A DNA stretch of 60,199 nt, the filler included, from Sphacelaria rigidula (taxonomy: Eukaryota): NCBI GenBank assembly GCA_964200075.2. It is 8 parts of 8 records of this genome, joined end to end, with 100 filler letters (N's around TTAATTAATTAA, not from the genome) between each part and the next. Parts side by side here need not be neighbours in the genome. Positions count along the whole stretch, not along the records: positions 37,689 to 45,125 come from CAXNAA020014916.1; positions 45,226 to 52,662 come from CAXNAA020014917.1; 6 more parts are not named here. One strand, 5' to 3'. The notes below the pieces were generated by a model. It did no database searches. It was not told the DNA's origin and saw nothing but the letters and a program-made list of their open reading frames with translations. Of this stretch, positions 37,589-50,808 are shown in pieces. Each line of letters opens with the position of its first letter. Positions within the stretch are counted from its first letter, which is position 1. A program made the position numbers and the translations under genes.

Positions 37589-40500
37589 NNNNNNNNNNNN
37601 NNNNNNNNNNNNNNNNNNNNNNNNNNNNNNNNTTAATTAATTAANNNNNNNNNNNNNNNNNNNNNNNNNNNNNNNNNNNNNNNNNNNNTTTTGTTTGAAC
37701 CCCAAAATATAAAATCGGCTGTTATTAGATGATCGGTAGGCTCGCACACTTGGTGCTCGCCCACCTGATCTCTCCTCTACTACTTCTCTTCTTCATCACC
37801 ATGAGCGAAAACTTGACTTCGGGAGTCAGTCAATAATGAACATCTTTGTTTCTTCAGTCAAACTCTCTGATGGATCAAACCGTGGCCCGAGTGTGATCCT
37901 CCGCGGTAGGCTACTCAGTCTACAAAACACACGTAGCACAGCACCGCTGCAGCTGCAGGACGCTCTACACTCTCAACTGTCGCCTTGCCTTCAGCTATTT
38001 ACACGTCGTCAGAGTGGTGCCACAGTAGGGGTGCATTTTTTAGGCCGAAAGATAACTGAGGCTCTCGTAATATATCCGCCGCAATAGAAACTGCGTCTTC
38101 TATCATGACCTGTCCGACATAACTACAACTATAGTAAAATGGTGCAGCAGTGCTGGTGCGCATATACTGAAGTCGCCAGGGGGTTGTATGGTATCATGAA
38201 CAGGTACAAAATCATGATTCCCAAACAAAATTTCTTACCCTGAAGGATGTGGGTACGGAAATGCCTCGGCAGTGTAGTTTGCACCCCACAAGCCGCGCGC
38301 TTAAACCCTTAGACCGCGAGGTTAGTCTTCTGCTGAATCGCCATCACTTTCAAGTGAAAAACAGTATGCATGATCCAGGAAGACTAATCTCGCGGTCTAA
38401 GGTTTACGGTATCGTGGAAAATTCGGAATAAAAGCCCTGTTGGACGAACCCCCTCCCCACCTTAGCGGCCAAATGGAATAAAAAACAAGAGAAATTCACA
38501 CCCGGGCCGCTTGAAGCAATTCTAGAACACACTTGGACCAATACGTACGCTAATTCGGGTGGCCTCCGCGTGCATGTTCTTGTAGGATCTACACCGCCAA
38601 CACGTTTTCAAACGGCCACACCGTTGTATAGACGACATCACCTTACGCGCCCGCTTCCATTCTGATGCAACGCTGAAGCCGAAGGCTCCACGTCTTTCGT
38701 CCCTAGACCATCCAGGAGATCCAGCGGGGCGTGCACGAATATTCTGTCCTGCTTGGTCACTGCCCGTCTTGCCCTAGCCGCCACCATCGCTCTAAAGACC
38801 TACCGCGCTCTTGGTTCAGTATTCAGGGTTCACAACCCTCCCTGATGATTTGGCCCCCTCCGTTGTATTTTTTCAGGAGACCCTGCCGTACCCAAGATCC
38901 CGCGTATAGACAGATTTGAACGATTGAGCAATCCAACCGCACAAGTTTCGGCGCCACACGGTACGGCACAGTACAGTACACTCGGTGATAGTCTCAAGAG
39001 ATATTGAGGTTATGTGGTACTCACGGGAGGAGCTATTCCCCACACTTGCTCACTGTGCACCTAGGTTGACCTCACAGTGTCACGATGAAAAGCCATGGAG
39101 ACAATTGTTGCATGTTACCTGGCAATTCTGTCACCGTGGTTTCAGACGGTAATTGAATGGTACTCGTATTTTTCTTGGGTGCACCGTGTGCTTAGTGGCG
39201 TCCTGTCAGCCACCTGCCTTGACTTTTGCACCTAAAAATGAGTGTAAAGTTAGTTCCACACGGGCAAGATTCGCGATCCAAGACGGCCTATGTGTACGTG
39301 TACTGTTTCGTACTGAACATATCTACCCGCAATGGTCGATGTGAACCGTAACATACGTCTATGAAACCACCATTATTAATAAAAAACGCGGCGGAATTAG
39401 TTTAGTTCGTGGTACTGTTGTTCCTACCCACCAAAAGAGTGCCAGACATCTCGCGCCTGCAGCCATAGACTACGGATGCGCCTTTCTTATCCATAAACTA
39501 AACCATGAGCTTTGGTCGTCCCGCTTCCGTCGGGGGAGGTAGATCCCGCCGTGGCTCTCGAGATGCTGCCGGCGCGGCGCAGTACTGTCCACGACCTCGG
39601 TCAGCGAGTTCGAATTCAACGAATGCTAGGCGCGGTTCGCGACCGTGCTCGGTTAGCTCGTCAGAGGGCAATCGGTGGGAGGTAGGCACACGAGGTGGAA
39701 GAGTAAGACTGTTCTTGTCGTTGCTTTTTATACAAAAGCTGCTTGTGCGTACTGGTTGTGCCGTGCGGGTATATTGGGACAGTTCTCTCGTCAGGTTATA
39801 TCGTTGGAACGTTGTTCATGTGCGCATCGCTGAACATACCCCGCATTTTGGCCACCATCGTCGGCAAAAATTGTCGGTCTATCTAGATTCGGGGGATCGG
39901 GACTACGCTGAGCAATACGAGCTTCGAACAACCCTCAGCTGATGGTAGTGGAATTACTTTCTCACTTCTCGGCTCCGGGTTTTGGAAGAAAACGCAGCTT
40001 AGGTGTATCTGTATTGTTGGTGCTGGTGATGACGGTTGGTGCATTGGGGTGAACGGGTAACCGGTGCGGCGGACACGTGGACGCATATGTACATGTCGGA
40101 CCGGATCCATGCAGCATAGTCCAACAGCTAGAGAAACGATTATGTCCTGCGGGACAATAGGTGTAGCATACAGCAGCTGATTGGAGTGAGGTGCTTCCGC
40201 TAGGTCTAGATGTCAAGATACGCCGTTGCCGATGTTGGGTGTGCATTCGCCGTTAGTTTGGTCGTTCAGAAATTTGTATGGTTGCGGTAAATCGTGGACG
40301 TACGATGTCACGTTATTTTGACACGGGTGGCCCAGTATTATGCGAGATGACATGCATTTTGGGTGAGTTATGCCTACACAGTTACTGTCAGTGCTTCTTG
40401 GCATTAATAACCCTACACACAGGCACGACAATCCACAACAAACGTGCGGTCCGCGAAATACAATTTGCTCCGCTCGGATAAAATTGTGGACGACAATACT

Positions 40501-41093
40501 TGCTAGTGGTGATGAGTACAGAATCGTCGCACCGCTGGTCGTGAAGGCTTGCTCAATTGGAGGAAGCGAAATAGGAACAATGCGGAGGGGAATGCTGTTG
40601 ATATCAAGTGTTGAAGTCGGTATGAACCGCTCTATTGCGTACTGTTTCATTCTGATACGTATGTTGACACGCCTAACCTCACGCTGCTGGCGAGGAGTCC
40701 TGGACTCGGCCTCGTTGACTGCTCGTCGCTCACCCTACTCGTAGAAGGGGGCGATCTAATAGCCCCCACAATCTTCAAACACCCGAGATGGAATGGGAAT
40801 GGGGCATTCTCGTGAAAAAATATCGATTTCATGTGGGATCGCTGGTGCAAGAATAAACATACCAGCCTACCCCGGGAATGCTGTTAAAAAACAAGAGCCC
40901 TTCCCAACTGTGGGTAATCTGAATAAATAAATGAGGAAGTAGTTCGTCACGTCACTGTGTGGCTTATTCGTGGAATACTTCATATATTATGTCGCGATTC
41001 GGACACGTAGCAGACTACCCTCATGTGTCGGACCTGCACTACCGGAAGCGTTGATACTTGAAGCATGTGCTGAACTGTTGACGCTGTGCGCAG

Positions 41094-44000
41094 ATGACGC
41101 TGGAAGAGTTCAAGCGGCAGGTCCAAAATCAATTCACCGTAGTGCTAAGCTGGGATGAGGTTCGTGCCCTTCAGAAGCTCTACGGAGAGCCAGGTGCGGA
41201 CGCCACACGTGTGTGATGCGTGCACCAACGCGACCGTTCGTCGTGCGTCATGGTGAAGCACACCGAAGTATGGCTGATAAGAATAGGTTCTGCCGTTGTC
41301 TGGAATGTGTTTTCGCATACACGAGATGCTATTGTACAACTCGACATTCGGTCGTTATCCAGATCTCTGCCTGTATCTTCTCCCCCACAATGAGGAAGCG
41401 ACTGGCTATATTCCTTGTGGTTTTCTCTGAATTATGTAGCGGGTGCCAGACATTGTGGACCTGTTTCTTCCAAGTGCTTTGCAGTGATTGCAGGCACTGA
41501 TGTCACCTGCTACCATGACAAAGAAACGAAATTATAGCGACCAAAATAGCCAAGATCTAGAAGCTTTGAAAGCCCGGTTAGGAAGATGCACGGGGAGGGC
41601 CCTGGCAAGATTAGCTTATGTATGATCGTGACTCATCTTCTTCGACCTGCACTGTGTCAAAATGTGTAGCGTTACATCGATGTTTGAAATGCGATCCTTT
41701 TTAACGATGCCCTCGTCTCCCAGTTGTTTGCACCCGAGAACTGGGGTGCTGGTATTGTTTCCAAGCTACGGCTCACGTTATCTATTCCCTTTTGCTTGTA
41801 TTAATGTCAATCGTGATGCTGACGTGTGCGGCAATGGTCACTTATCCCGCAGATTCGGGGACTATCGACTTCATGAAGTTTGCCGTGGCGTTGGGCAACT
41901 CACCCCCACACGGACCCGACAAGACGCGGCGCGCTTACAACTTTTTGCCGAAGCACACAGTGGAGTATGATCTGAAGGCGATAGAAAGAAAAATCGTACA
42001 CAAACTTGAGGATCGGTGCCAGGTGAGTTGGGGTTCGGTTATTGCTGCTGTTGTAGAATCCCCCCTCCCCCCCCCATTATTGATTACCCTCACAACGAAC
42101 AGTGTTGGAATATAAAAAGTTCTAGTACAGAGTATACTACGAAAACAAGCGGCGGTTTCAAACGGTTCCACAGGTTAAGCATGAGCACCAGTTGCGTACG
42201 TCGTACAGGAGAAGAAATATAGATGTCGCGTGAGCTCATGTAAGGACGCCAAGGGGTAGTAGCCAAAACGTGGCTAGTGTCTTTGTATTCCTGCGTCCGG
42301 CCTTGCATCGAGCCGTTGGACCAAAACTGGCTTCTTGGGAAGCCTGGGCTCTAGCCTGTCGCATAAACTGTACGGTGGCGCATGGACACTTCCGTGTGGA
42401 GGTAGGTAGCAGAAGTCTGACGTAGTGCATAATGCACGTATTTCCGGAATCGAATATAATATCGCCCGTTGATAACAGTAGCTCTAGGCCATCGGATGCA
42501 CGGGAGGACAATCGGGAAGAAATACATTCCACATTGTCAATTCACACGCCTCCTTCTAGCCTTTGATGCCGGTCCCATCTGCACTCGGATTTTGACCCAC
42601 TCGGATTTTGACCTTCAAACGTTGTATGAACCGTAAACATTTTGAAGATCGAACGCAAGTGGGATATTAGTTTTGACTACAATAGAGAAACGGAGCGGGA
42701 GGTAGGGACCTACTGCACTAGTCCCTGGGCTCCACACATCTTCGACGACCTTTCAATTGGGACGGGAAAACACTTTCCACACCTATCTACCCTGACCACC
42801 ACTCGAGCCGAAGAAACTTAACCCCATCTACATTGGTCAAGAGAAAAGGTGCAACTGTATACGAGTCGTGAGGCGCTACCAGGTGCTAAGCGTGCACTTT
42901 TTTCCACATGAACATCAGGTGGCCGGCAATTATCAGTACCAGTGGGCCAGACGCATACTTTGCGACTCTACCTCTACTACAGCGGGAGGAATGGATAAGG
43001 ACCAACTGAAGATGAGACTCAGCGGTTTATTAGGGGTGGAGCTTAGCGACGGGGAGATGGACGTGCTGTTCCGAAAATACGCCGATCGGTAAGTGAACCG
43101 GCGGCATAATTTAAGCGTCAGAATAATGCACGGCTCATCGGAGAGTGATGTGCGGTGTATTTCTTCACGCTGAAACGTATGTACCGCTGATCGATAAGTG
43201 AGCGTCGGCGTGTTAGAGCAGAGGATATATCTCATTGTAAGCACACGGCCGTGCGATGCATTTTCGACTAGAAATACAAGACCGATATGCAAACGGCGTG
43301 CGGTGTGGGGATATTTTCAGTCAAAACTGCACCACCGCGGATGGTGTAGACCAGGGTGTATTTTTGGGAAACGAAACTTCACAAAATTGCGATGTCATCA
43401 TCCACTGTTAACATATGTAAATGTTATTTCACAGGGATCATCTCTCGGGAGAAAGTGAAGGCTAGACACCAATGTGATGAGAGGTCCTGCTGTCGGAAAC
43501 GTCTTGACTCGTATCCCCTCCCCCCACCTGAGCCTGCTTTATTATGAATGCCCGAGTGATGATTATATGTTACGCGTTTGAGTTGAATGATGTGCCTATA
43601 AACCTGTGCTCAGAAACGGAAGCTACTTATACACACACCTGAACAATTAAATATCCACATTTCGCTCCAACGAAGCTGTTCGACTGCTAATTCGTCCCCC
43701 GTTCGCTCGACCCGTCCCCCGTCCCCCGTCCCCCGTCCGCCAACTCTTGGTCTCAACGTTGTCTACCGTTTCTTCGAAAACAGAAACTCTGGACGCGTAC
43801 ACATGCAGTCGATGGCGGCACGGTTGCTGACTCCCAACCAACAGGATGGCTGGTTTTTCTTGGACAATCAACTTAGGGAGCCAGTGGTGACGAATCGAAT
43901 ATCAACTTCGGCAAGATACCACTATCGCCCTGGCGTCGAGGAGTATAGGCCGCTGGGTAACGTATTCCCTACGTGTCTCAAAGGTTTCAAGTGAGTTTTT

Positions 44001-44971
44001 GGGTTTTTGCTTTTGGTCTCTTTCTATCCGATGTGATTTCGTTTCTCACGGCTGAAAGATATAGTGTATGATGACGTAATAAGTATTAGTATATTAGTAT
44101 ATAATAACGTGATGAGGCTTCAATCAACCCTGGCTTTATCTGTAACGTTTGGCTGTTGACGGGGGTGAGCGTGCTTCAACGCTTGCATATTTTTTTTATA
44201 AATCAGTACCTTTCAGGAAAAAAATGACGTAGGACATGTTTTACGTGCGCTTCGCTTCTCGTTTGTTTAATTGGTACCGCGAAGAAATGTGTTTGGTACG
44301 TTCTGGAACATTCGCTAGTAGTGATCTACTGTCTCATTGTTGAGGTTTATTTTGTGAACCTGTTTTCTTTCACCTGCCTGTAAATGGTGCAGTGCAGAAG
44401 TTTTGTGTTCTCTCCTTCTGAATAATAGATTGATTCATTCATTGTCGTACATCCACTGATCCCCAATTATCCAGCACGGTCACAAAATCGATGTATCCAA
44501 CACATAGACTGAGCGGAGGCACGAACCATAAGGAAAGTTGAGAAAGCAAGACGACGAAGGGGCGGAAACCACCAGAGATTAGAAAATACACACACACACG
44601 TACACACACACGAAAAGTCACAAAATAAGCAAAAACAAAAGGGAAAAAATCACGAAAAGCAAAAGATCGCAAACATGTTCGAACACATATTCACACTAAC
44701 AACAAAAAGATGGGATCTGGAAAAGCTGGTCACTAAGCTGAAGCTCAAGATGCACGAGCACGCTCAAGGGCACTCGGGGTATCAGTTCCTGGCGGGGTGC
44801 AATCTGTTCCGACACGAGGTTCAGGAGCGAAAGGGGGATCGAATTAGCGCCGAGGATTTTCGAAGAGTCGTGGAATACAAGTTCGGCATGAAATTGGACC
44901 CGGACGAAGTGTTGTCGCTGTTTCACTTCCTCGTGCCCGGAACCGGAGATAGCATTGAGATTGCTGAGATG
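41094..44971 (+). CDS. Multi-EF-hand protein (EFCAB6-like architecture), partial. Exons 41094-41193, 41853-42022, 42919-43088, 43784-43990, 44710-44971
   Basis: Five exons with canonical borders and consistent phases (1,0,2,2). Repeated EF-hand-pair patterns: MTLEEFKRQV...LSWDEVRALQKLYGEPDSGTIDFMKF; MDKDQLKMRL...VELSDGEMDVLFRKYADRNSGRVHM; ISAEDFRRVVEYKFGMKLDPDEVLSLF...GTGDSIEIAEM. Further upstream exons may lie at 38586-39945. Confidence 0.82.
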
Positions 44972-45225
44972 GTGAGTAGAAAACGACGTTTTTTACGACT
45001 GTTTGAACGATCGATAAGCTGAGGGCGGCACGGTGATGGGGGGGGGGGGGGGGGGGCGCCCCTTGGGTGTTTTTTGGGCAAAAAAAAATTTTTTTTTGGG
45101 GGTTTTTTTGGTGGGGGTGGGCGGGNNNNNNNNNNNNNNNNNNNNNNNNNNNNNNNNNNNNNNNNNNNNTTAATTAATTAANNNNNNNNNNNNNNNNNNN
45201 NNNNNNNNNNNNNNNNNNNNNNNNN

Positions 45226-45380
45226 TTAATCTGGATCTATTTTGTTTTTCTTTGTTTTTGCTAGCCTGTTACCGCGGAAGGCGTCCGCATCAGATGCCCA
45301 GTACGAATGTACCGCGCAGATATCAGAACGGCTTTTAATGTAAAGACGACGACGACGACAACAACAACAACAACAACAAC
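45226..45380 (+). mobile_element. LINE 3' end with a (GAC)n(CAA)n tail, same family as 1-792
   Basis: cggaaggcgtcc.catcagatgcccagtacgaatgtaccgcgcagatatc.gaacgg.ttttaatgt.aagac is nearly identical to ~703-776. Confidence 0.8.
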
Positions 45381-45599
45381 ATATCCATAAAGCACACGGA
45401 CTACATTTGATCGAAGTACCCATGCGAACGTCTCTATACAACGCATCGTTTGTGGTAACAGGTACCGAGACGCACTCCAACAAAGCAGGAACACGAATCT
45501 AATTCGTCTCCGCATTTCCCGTTTCTCGACACTTGCCCCCTGCCCGAGCCGTGCCTACCCATACTCGCCGTTTTCTCCCTCGCTTATCCCCATTCTCAC

Positions 45600-47365
45600 C
45601 AGGAAGTCGCTTAAGCACGTCCAACGCCAATATCCGACAGTCATGCCACCGCCCGCCGTAAAGGTAGCCTACGCTGAATAACACCAGCTTCGGTGATAGT
45701 TGCCCCAGCCGGTCGACTATGCCTTCCACTCCGAAGTCAGGGGAGCAAGAGCTTCGGCGGAGGGAGAGCGGAGCACGCACCGACAGCAGGGATTGAAGTG
45801 GACAAGACGTCATTCAGACCATGTTGACGGGGCCGCGGCCAGGGAGGGTGGAGATGCACGGCTGCACCTGATTAACACGACTGCTGGACTGGGCAGAGAA
45901 ACAAACATGTGCATATAAGAAGCATATCAAATTGTAACGGCGCATGAGGGCGCAGCATTTTGCTAACGCCTCGTTATCGACATGCGCCCGACCTTTACTC
46001 GAAAAAGAGAGGGGGCAAAGAATTCTCGGCAAGGTAACGTACCGACGAGAGGGGACAAAAAATGCTCCGCAAGGTACTGTAATGAACTAAATGTATGTAC
46101 GTGTGAATGCACGTGTCGGAACATGGTGTATGGAGGTGTAGCAACGTCCGTTTTCGTGTGGGAAACTTAAGTGTATGGTGATGTGAGAGGGAGTGTGTAT
46201 GCAGGTGTCGGAACGGTTGTATCGGAAAAATTTATCGGTTGGGTATGTGTATGGATGCACGAGAGCGGGGCATTTTGCACACACCTCCTTATCGACATTC
46301 GTCCGGCCTTCACTCGACACGAAAGGGGGCGAAGAATGTTCGGATTTTAACCCTATATGATGCACGGATGAACCGAGTAGGTGCACAAAACTGTAACGAC
46401 GCAAGAGAGCGCAGCATTTTGTCGGCGCCTCCTTATCGGAACTCGTCCGACCTTCACTTGAAACCAGAAGGGGGAAATAAAAGCTTGGAAAGATATCGAC
46501 GAACTAACGGGATACAGGTGTCGGAACGTCTGCAAACATGGTTGGAGGTGTAAAACACAAATCCTATGGCGATATAAGTGGGAATGTCTATGTACGTGTC
46601 GGGATGTGGCGTATAGAGTGTCGGGGCGTCCGTTCTCGCTACGAAAGAAAAGTATGGTGATATACTCTCTTCATCCGTAAAACACGGCCTCTCAGTTCCG
46701 GGTTTTATATCCGCATTTGCTCATTTTTCATACCCGCGCTGACGTTTTTAATTGTAATTTTTTTTTCTATAAATTGATCAATGCATATGATGTATATTTT
46801 TTTAATTCCAAGCGATCCGAAAATGAAAGCAAAACCTTGTGGATGTCACATCCCCTGCTACACACCACTGCCGCCAATTTTCACTTCGAGAGTTTTTTGT
46901 ATCAGGCATTGGAGCTGAAAAGCACTGAACGTGAGTCCAAGACGACTCATCACTTGATTAAAAAAGTGGTGGCGAGGGGCATGGCATGCACCGCTTCCAC
47001 GTACCGCATAGATGCCTCATGTGGTGAAGGACTACGTTTGCTAATTTCGTTAAAGTGCGACATAGATGCGGGAGGGTGGTCTGATTGGCTGGTGCTCGCG
47101 TGGATGATGTCTACAGGAGAGAAATGAAGAACGATGATTCGTCAGGGAGAGCCGGGATCTATTTTCACAGCGCAAAGCCGCAGATTCATTAACACGATGT
47201 TGGCAGTATACATGAAATATTCCGTGCAGTTTCTTGACGTACCTCCAAATAGCACCTACTGCTGTCGTCCCCAGCATGAACACAAGCGCCTCCTGCGAGT
47301 TGGTCATCACCCCGGCTACTCTGTCGCCCTTCTTGATCCCGGCGGCGCGCAGCCCTCGCACGCAC
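45600..47365 (-). CDS. AACS: Acetoacetyl-CoA synthetase (acetoacetate-CoA ligase), two internal exons: 47365-47243 and 45751-45600
   Basis: Spliced translation reads CVRGLRAAGIKKGDRVAGVMTNSQEALVFMLGTTAVGAIWS|SCSPDFGVEGIVDRLGQLSPKLVLFSVGYLYGG. GAIWSSCSPDFG...V.DR.GQ..PK is characteristic of this AMP-binding subfamily, and the phase-2 junction fits. Confidence 0.88.
45945..46490 (+). repeat. Three dispersed copies of a ~85-bp unit in the AACS intron
   Basis: gcg..gcattttg....cgcctc.ttatcg.ca..cg.ccg.cctt.act.ga...aggggg at ~45945, ~46260 and ~46405. Confidence 0.65.
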
Positions 47366-50300
47366 CTATAGCCTCCCCCCATCCCGAACGTGCGCACACG
47401 AGTCGTGGAAATTACACCGAAAAAGGCGTCAAGTAATGGGAAGGTAACGCTTGTGGTGAATAGTAAGGTGGTGGATATGGAAGTTATAGCCGGTTTGAAG
47501 GTCAAAATGTGAGAAGCGCAAGCTGGCATATCTTCGAAGCATGTCTGTCATTACGTCACAGGGATGCGCAGCGACCTTGGCCTTGGCCTCGTCGGGCTTA
47601 CGTGCTATGTGCTTCGAAGTCATATTGCCCGTTTAAATCAGATCCGTGGTCGAAATAAAAACCTTCCGGCAAGGATTATCTCAATCGTTCGACCGCTCGG
47701 GTAGATCATCTCTTGAATCGGCATCATTTTCGCTCGGCAATTGACAGCAAGACTCAGGTACCCATCTGCCGGGGCGCAAAGGGTTGCTTTAACCTTACGC
47801 GCTTAACGATTGCTGATCTTGTCCAACATCAAATAATGATCGAAAATTTCAACATTTTCTTCACCCCACAACACCGTTTTTGGCGATTCACTCCAAAATT
47901 CACTCAAGTTGGGGCATGCAGGCCATGCTGATCTCGATACACGGAATGTCCTGGTGAGGAACAAGAGTACCCACACGACCACATTGAATAGCTGCATATG
48001 CCGTGTATCTGTTAGGTATGGGATCACAGCCTACAATGACACGCAAGAGAGATCGGTGCAGACATCTATTTTCGCTGGTGAAGTCGGTCTTACAAAGTCA
48101 CTCACTGTCCCTGACAACACTCACTCATGGGGGACAGCTGTGAGCCGTAGGCTCGGTGCAGCCGCGCCGCCGAGATTTCGTGTTATGGGTAATCAACCAC
48201 AGCAGTGTTTCGACACAGCCGGTCGCGTTAGACTTCTGCCCTTGAACTGCAAAAGCGTGTTTGGTGGGTCAGTCATTAAGTTTTCAACCATATCTGAGGG
48301 ATGGGCATTCAAATATTCTCGGGTAGTATTCATCGTGGCATAAGAACAGAATGCATGCATATGGGCGTAGAGACAGGAGTACCACATACTTCGGGGTATG
48401 GTTGGTGCAGTGGAACAGCAGGCCACTTTGTTGGCGGGGAGGGGTGAGACACGTAGGTGTGTGTCGTCCGTCCGCAGTAAAGGGGTCGTCCGTCCGCAGT
48501 AAAGGGTGTATATCTTGTGTTTCGGTAAAAAGTACTACGCTGTGGAGAGACGATGCCTCTATCGAGAGCAAGATGCCAAGACAAGAAATATTGCGTGATT
48601 CGAAAAGCCTACTTGAAATCACTTTCAGAAAGCCCTTGGAACAATTAGAACGATCCTTTCCTCGGTGCCGAACTAGGGCACTATGCTCTCGCAAGACTGG
48701 CCACCGCAGGCGCTGCCTGGTTCAGTTTTGTAGTCTAGGTTTGCCCATGCACTGTAAAGCACGCCAGTTGTTAGTCGTATGGAAGTGAGCCTTTTATGAG
48801 GATCAGGCAGCTACGAAGCTGTTGGTCGTGGGGAAGGATCTCTCACGCGTAGCGTGATGTTGTCTGGGGGACCAGAATCTCGGAATCCCCCGAACATCAA
48901 GAACTTGTTCCTCACAATCGCCTTGTTTGCGCTTTTGTGATCCTGGGTCGTTTCTCCATGTTCAAGTTGCACCTCAGGCATATGGGGACCTTGAGCGACG
49001 GTACATGAGACATGAACAGATCAAACGCACATCACTCAGGTGTGCGCTAAGTAGTATCATCCAAGCACAGGGCAAGTGGCAAAAAATGAAGGGGCGGGAC
49101 GAGAATAAAACGGACTGCTACTCCGCACGGATGTATCACGCACAGAGTGGCACACCCAAGAGCAGAAAAAGGAGTGCTACCGAAATATAAAGTAGGACGG
49201 CGTGATTCTTACCTCGCCACCAAGGCGTGCAATTCGCGTCCGCTCAACGGTCGAGACGCGAGCTCCGGCGACTCTGATACAGACACGAGAACCTATTGTA
49301 CCAAATGGCGGAAGGAAACACGGACGAGGAAAAAACACGAAAAACTTCAAGAAACCCACGAACGAACGACCCTTACATTTCACGACCACGACTTGATCCG
49401 AATAGACAAAAAAAAACACCAGCTACATACAGGCGGGTCCCCCTACTTGACAAAGTGAAGTTTTCCTGGCGACTTCTCACTCAACGTTTGCGAGTTAGGG
49501 AAAGTCATCGCCAGGAGTTTTGATTTTTACTGAGAAGTGATCACGTTCAGGCATAAGTGAGCTCTTTTGGGACATTTCCAGGTATAGCCCCGCGGCAATA
49601 CAACGTACCATATAGGCGGCCATCTGATTGGCCAACAAGGAGCAATACCTGAACACGACCGAACACGCACCAGCTGTGCCTGAAATTGTCTACTTCTACA
49701 CACGACCGCACCTGAAACTCCAAGAGCATCTTAATGTGGCCGCATCCAGGGAAGTTTACAATTCCATAAAGCTGTACCTGCAAATATTCATCACGTGCTC
49801 AGGTATACCTAGACGTGACTACTTCTCTGTACAATTTCATTCCTTCATTAGGAGCTAGATTTATTTTCCTGAAGAAGAGAACAAAATCTCCGCTTTCTAC
49901 AGAATATAAATTTAACAGACTTCACGTGATGATTTCGAAACTGCCGGCTCAGATCTCTCCTCGAAGTTTCAGGCCCTAATTCGCACACGTCAAGCGGGAG
50001 ACTCAGCTTCGGTGACTTCCCTAATTTAGGGATTTTTGGCCCGTTTGCTGGCATGCCGGCAAACTCGTTTACCCCCGTTCAAAACCAGATCTAGAATAAT
50101 CGAGAGACAGTCGTGCAGCAACCACACAAGGCACCTTCCACCATTGACCAAAACTACAGGGAAACAGACAGGAAAATGGCAATGAAAAAACTTCCACCAG
50201 TACGTGAGAATGAAGACACACCATACACATGAAAATCACATTGAAGCTGTGAGGACCACACGGCCAACAGGGTGCATGCCATCGGACCGTTAGTCATCAT

Positions 50301-50417
50301 ATTCATCGGACCGCAATCCAGAGGAGGCTGCAGACATCGTTCATGACGAACTGCACTATTGTGCTGTACTACGCACTACTTGCCGAGGCTGTACATCGGT
50401 GACTACGACATCATCCA

Positions 50418-50808
50418 ATGTGTGTGTTGTTGTGTGCTGTCGTCCCATATATTCTGGACGCCGGTCTACAACTTTCGGTAGATGCGGGCACACCAGCGGG
50501 GGTCATACAGGAGGAAGGAAGGTCAACACTGGAGTTTTTGTTTTGTTTTGTTTTATTTTGTTTTGGTACACTACTTTCCTTCTGCGGTGCTTGCCTTTTG
50601 TTTTTATCGCGAGAGGGGTTCAGCAGTCCCTTTCCGTCGTCGACCGTGAAGTCAAATTCTGTGTACCCACGACATAGTCGCTCTCCACTGTTGGGCATGA
50701 GAAAAAATCCCAGATCGCTCCGAGATTCGAACCTACGACACAAACCTCGTAAGGTTTCGAGGTTCAAAAGGCTTCGAGGTTACTAACTGAGCCACCGGGG
50801 CGACCAGC
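50418..50808 (-). mobile_element. tRNA-derived SINE, family B, near full length
   Basis: The minus-strand head has A-box TGGCTCAGTTAG and B-box GGTTCGAATCT. The body is homologous to 55930-56110, and it ends in a (CAA/CA)-type tail. Confidence 0.8.
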
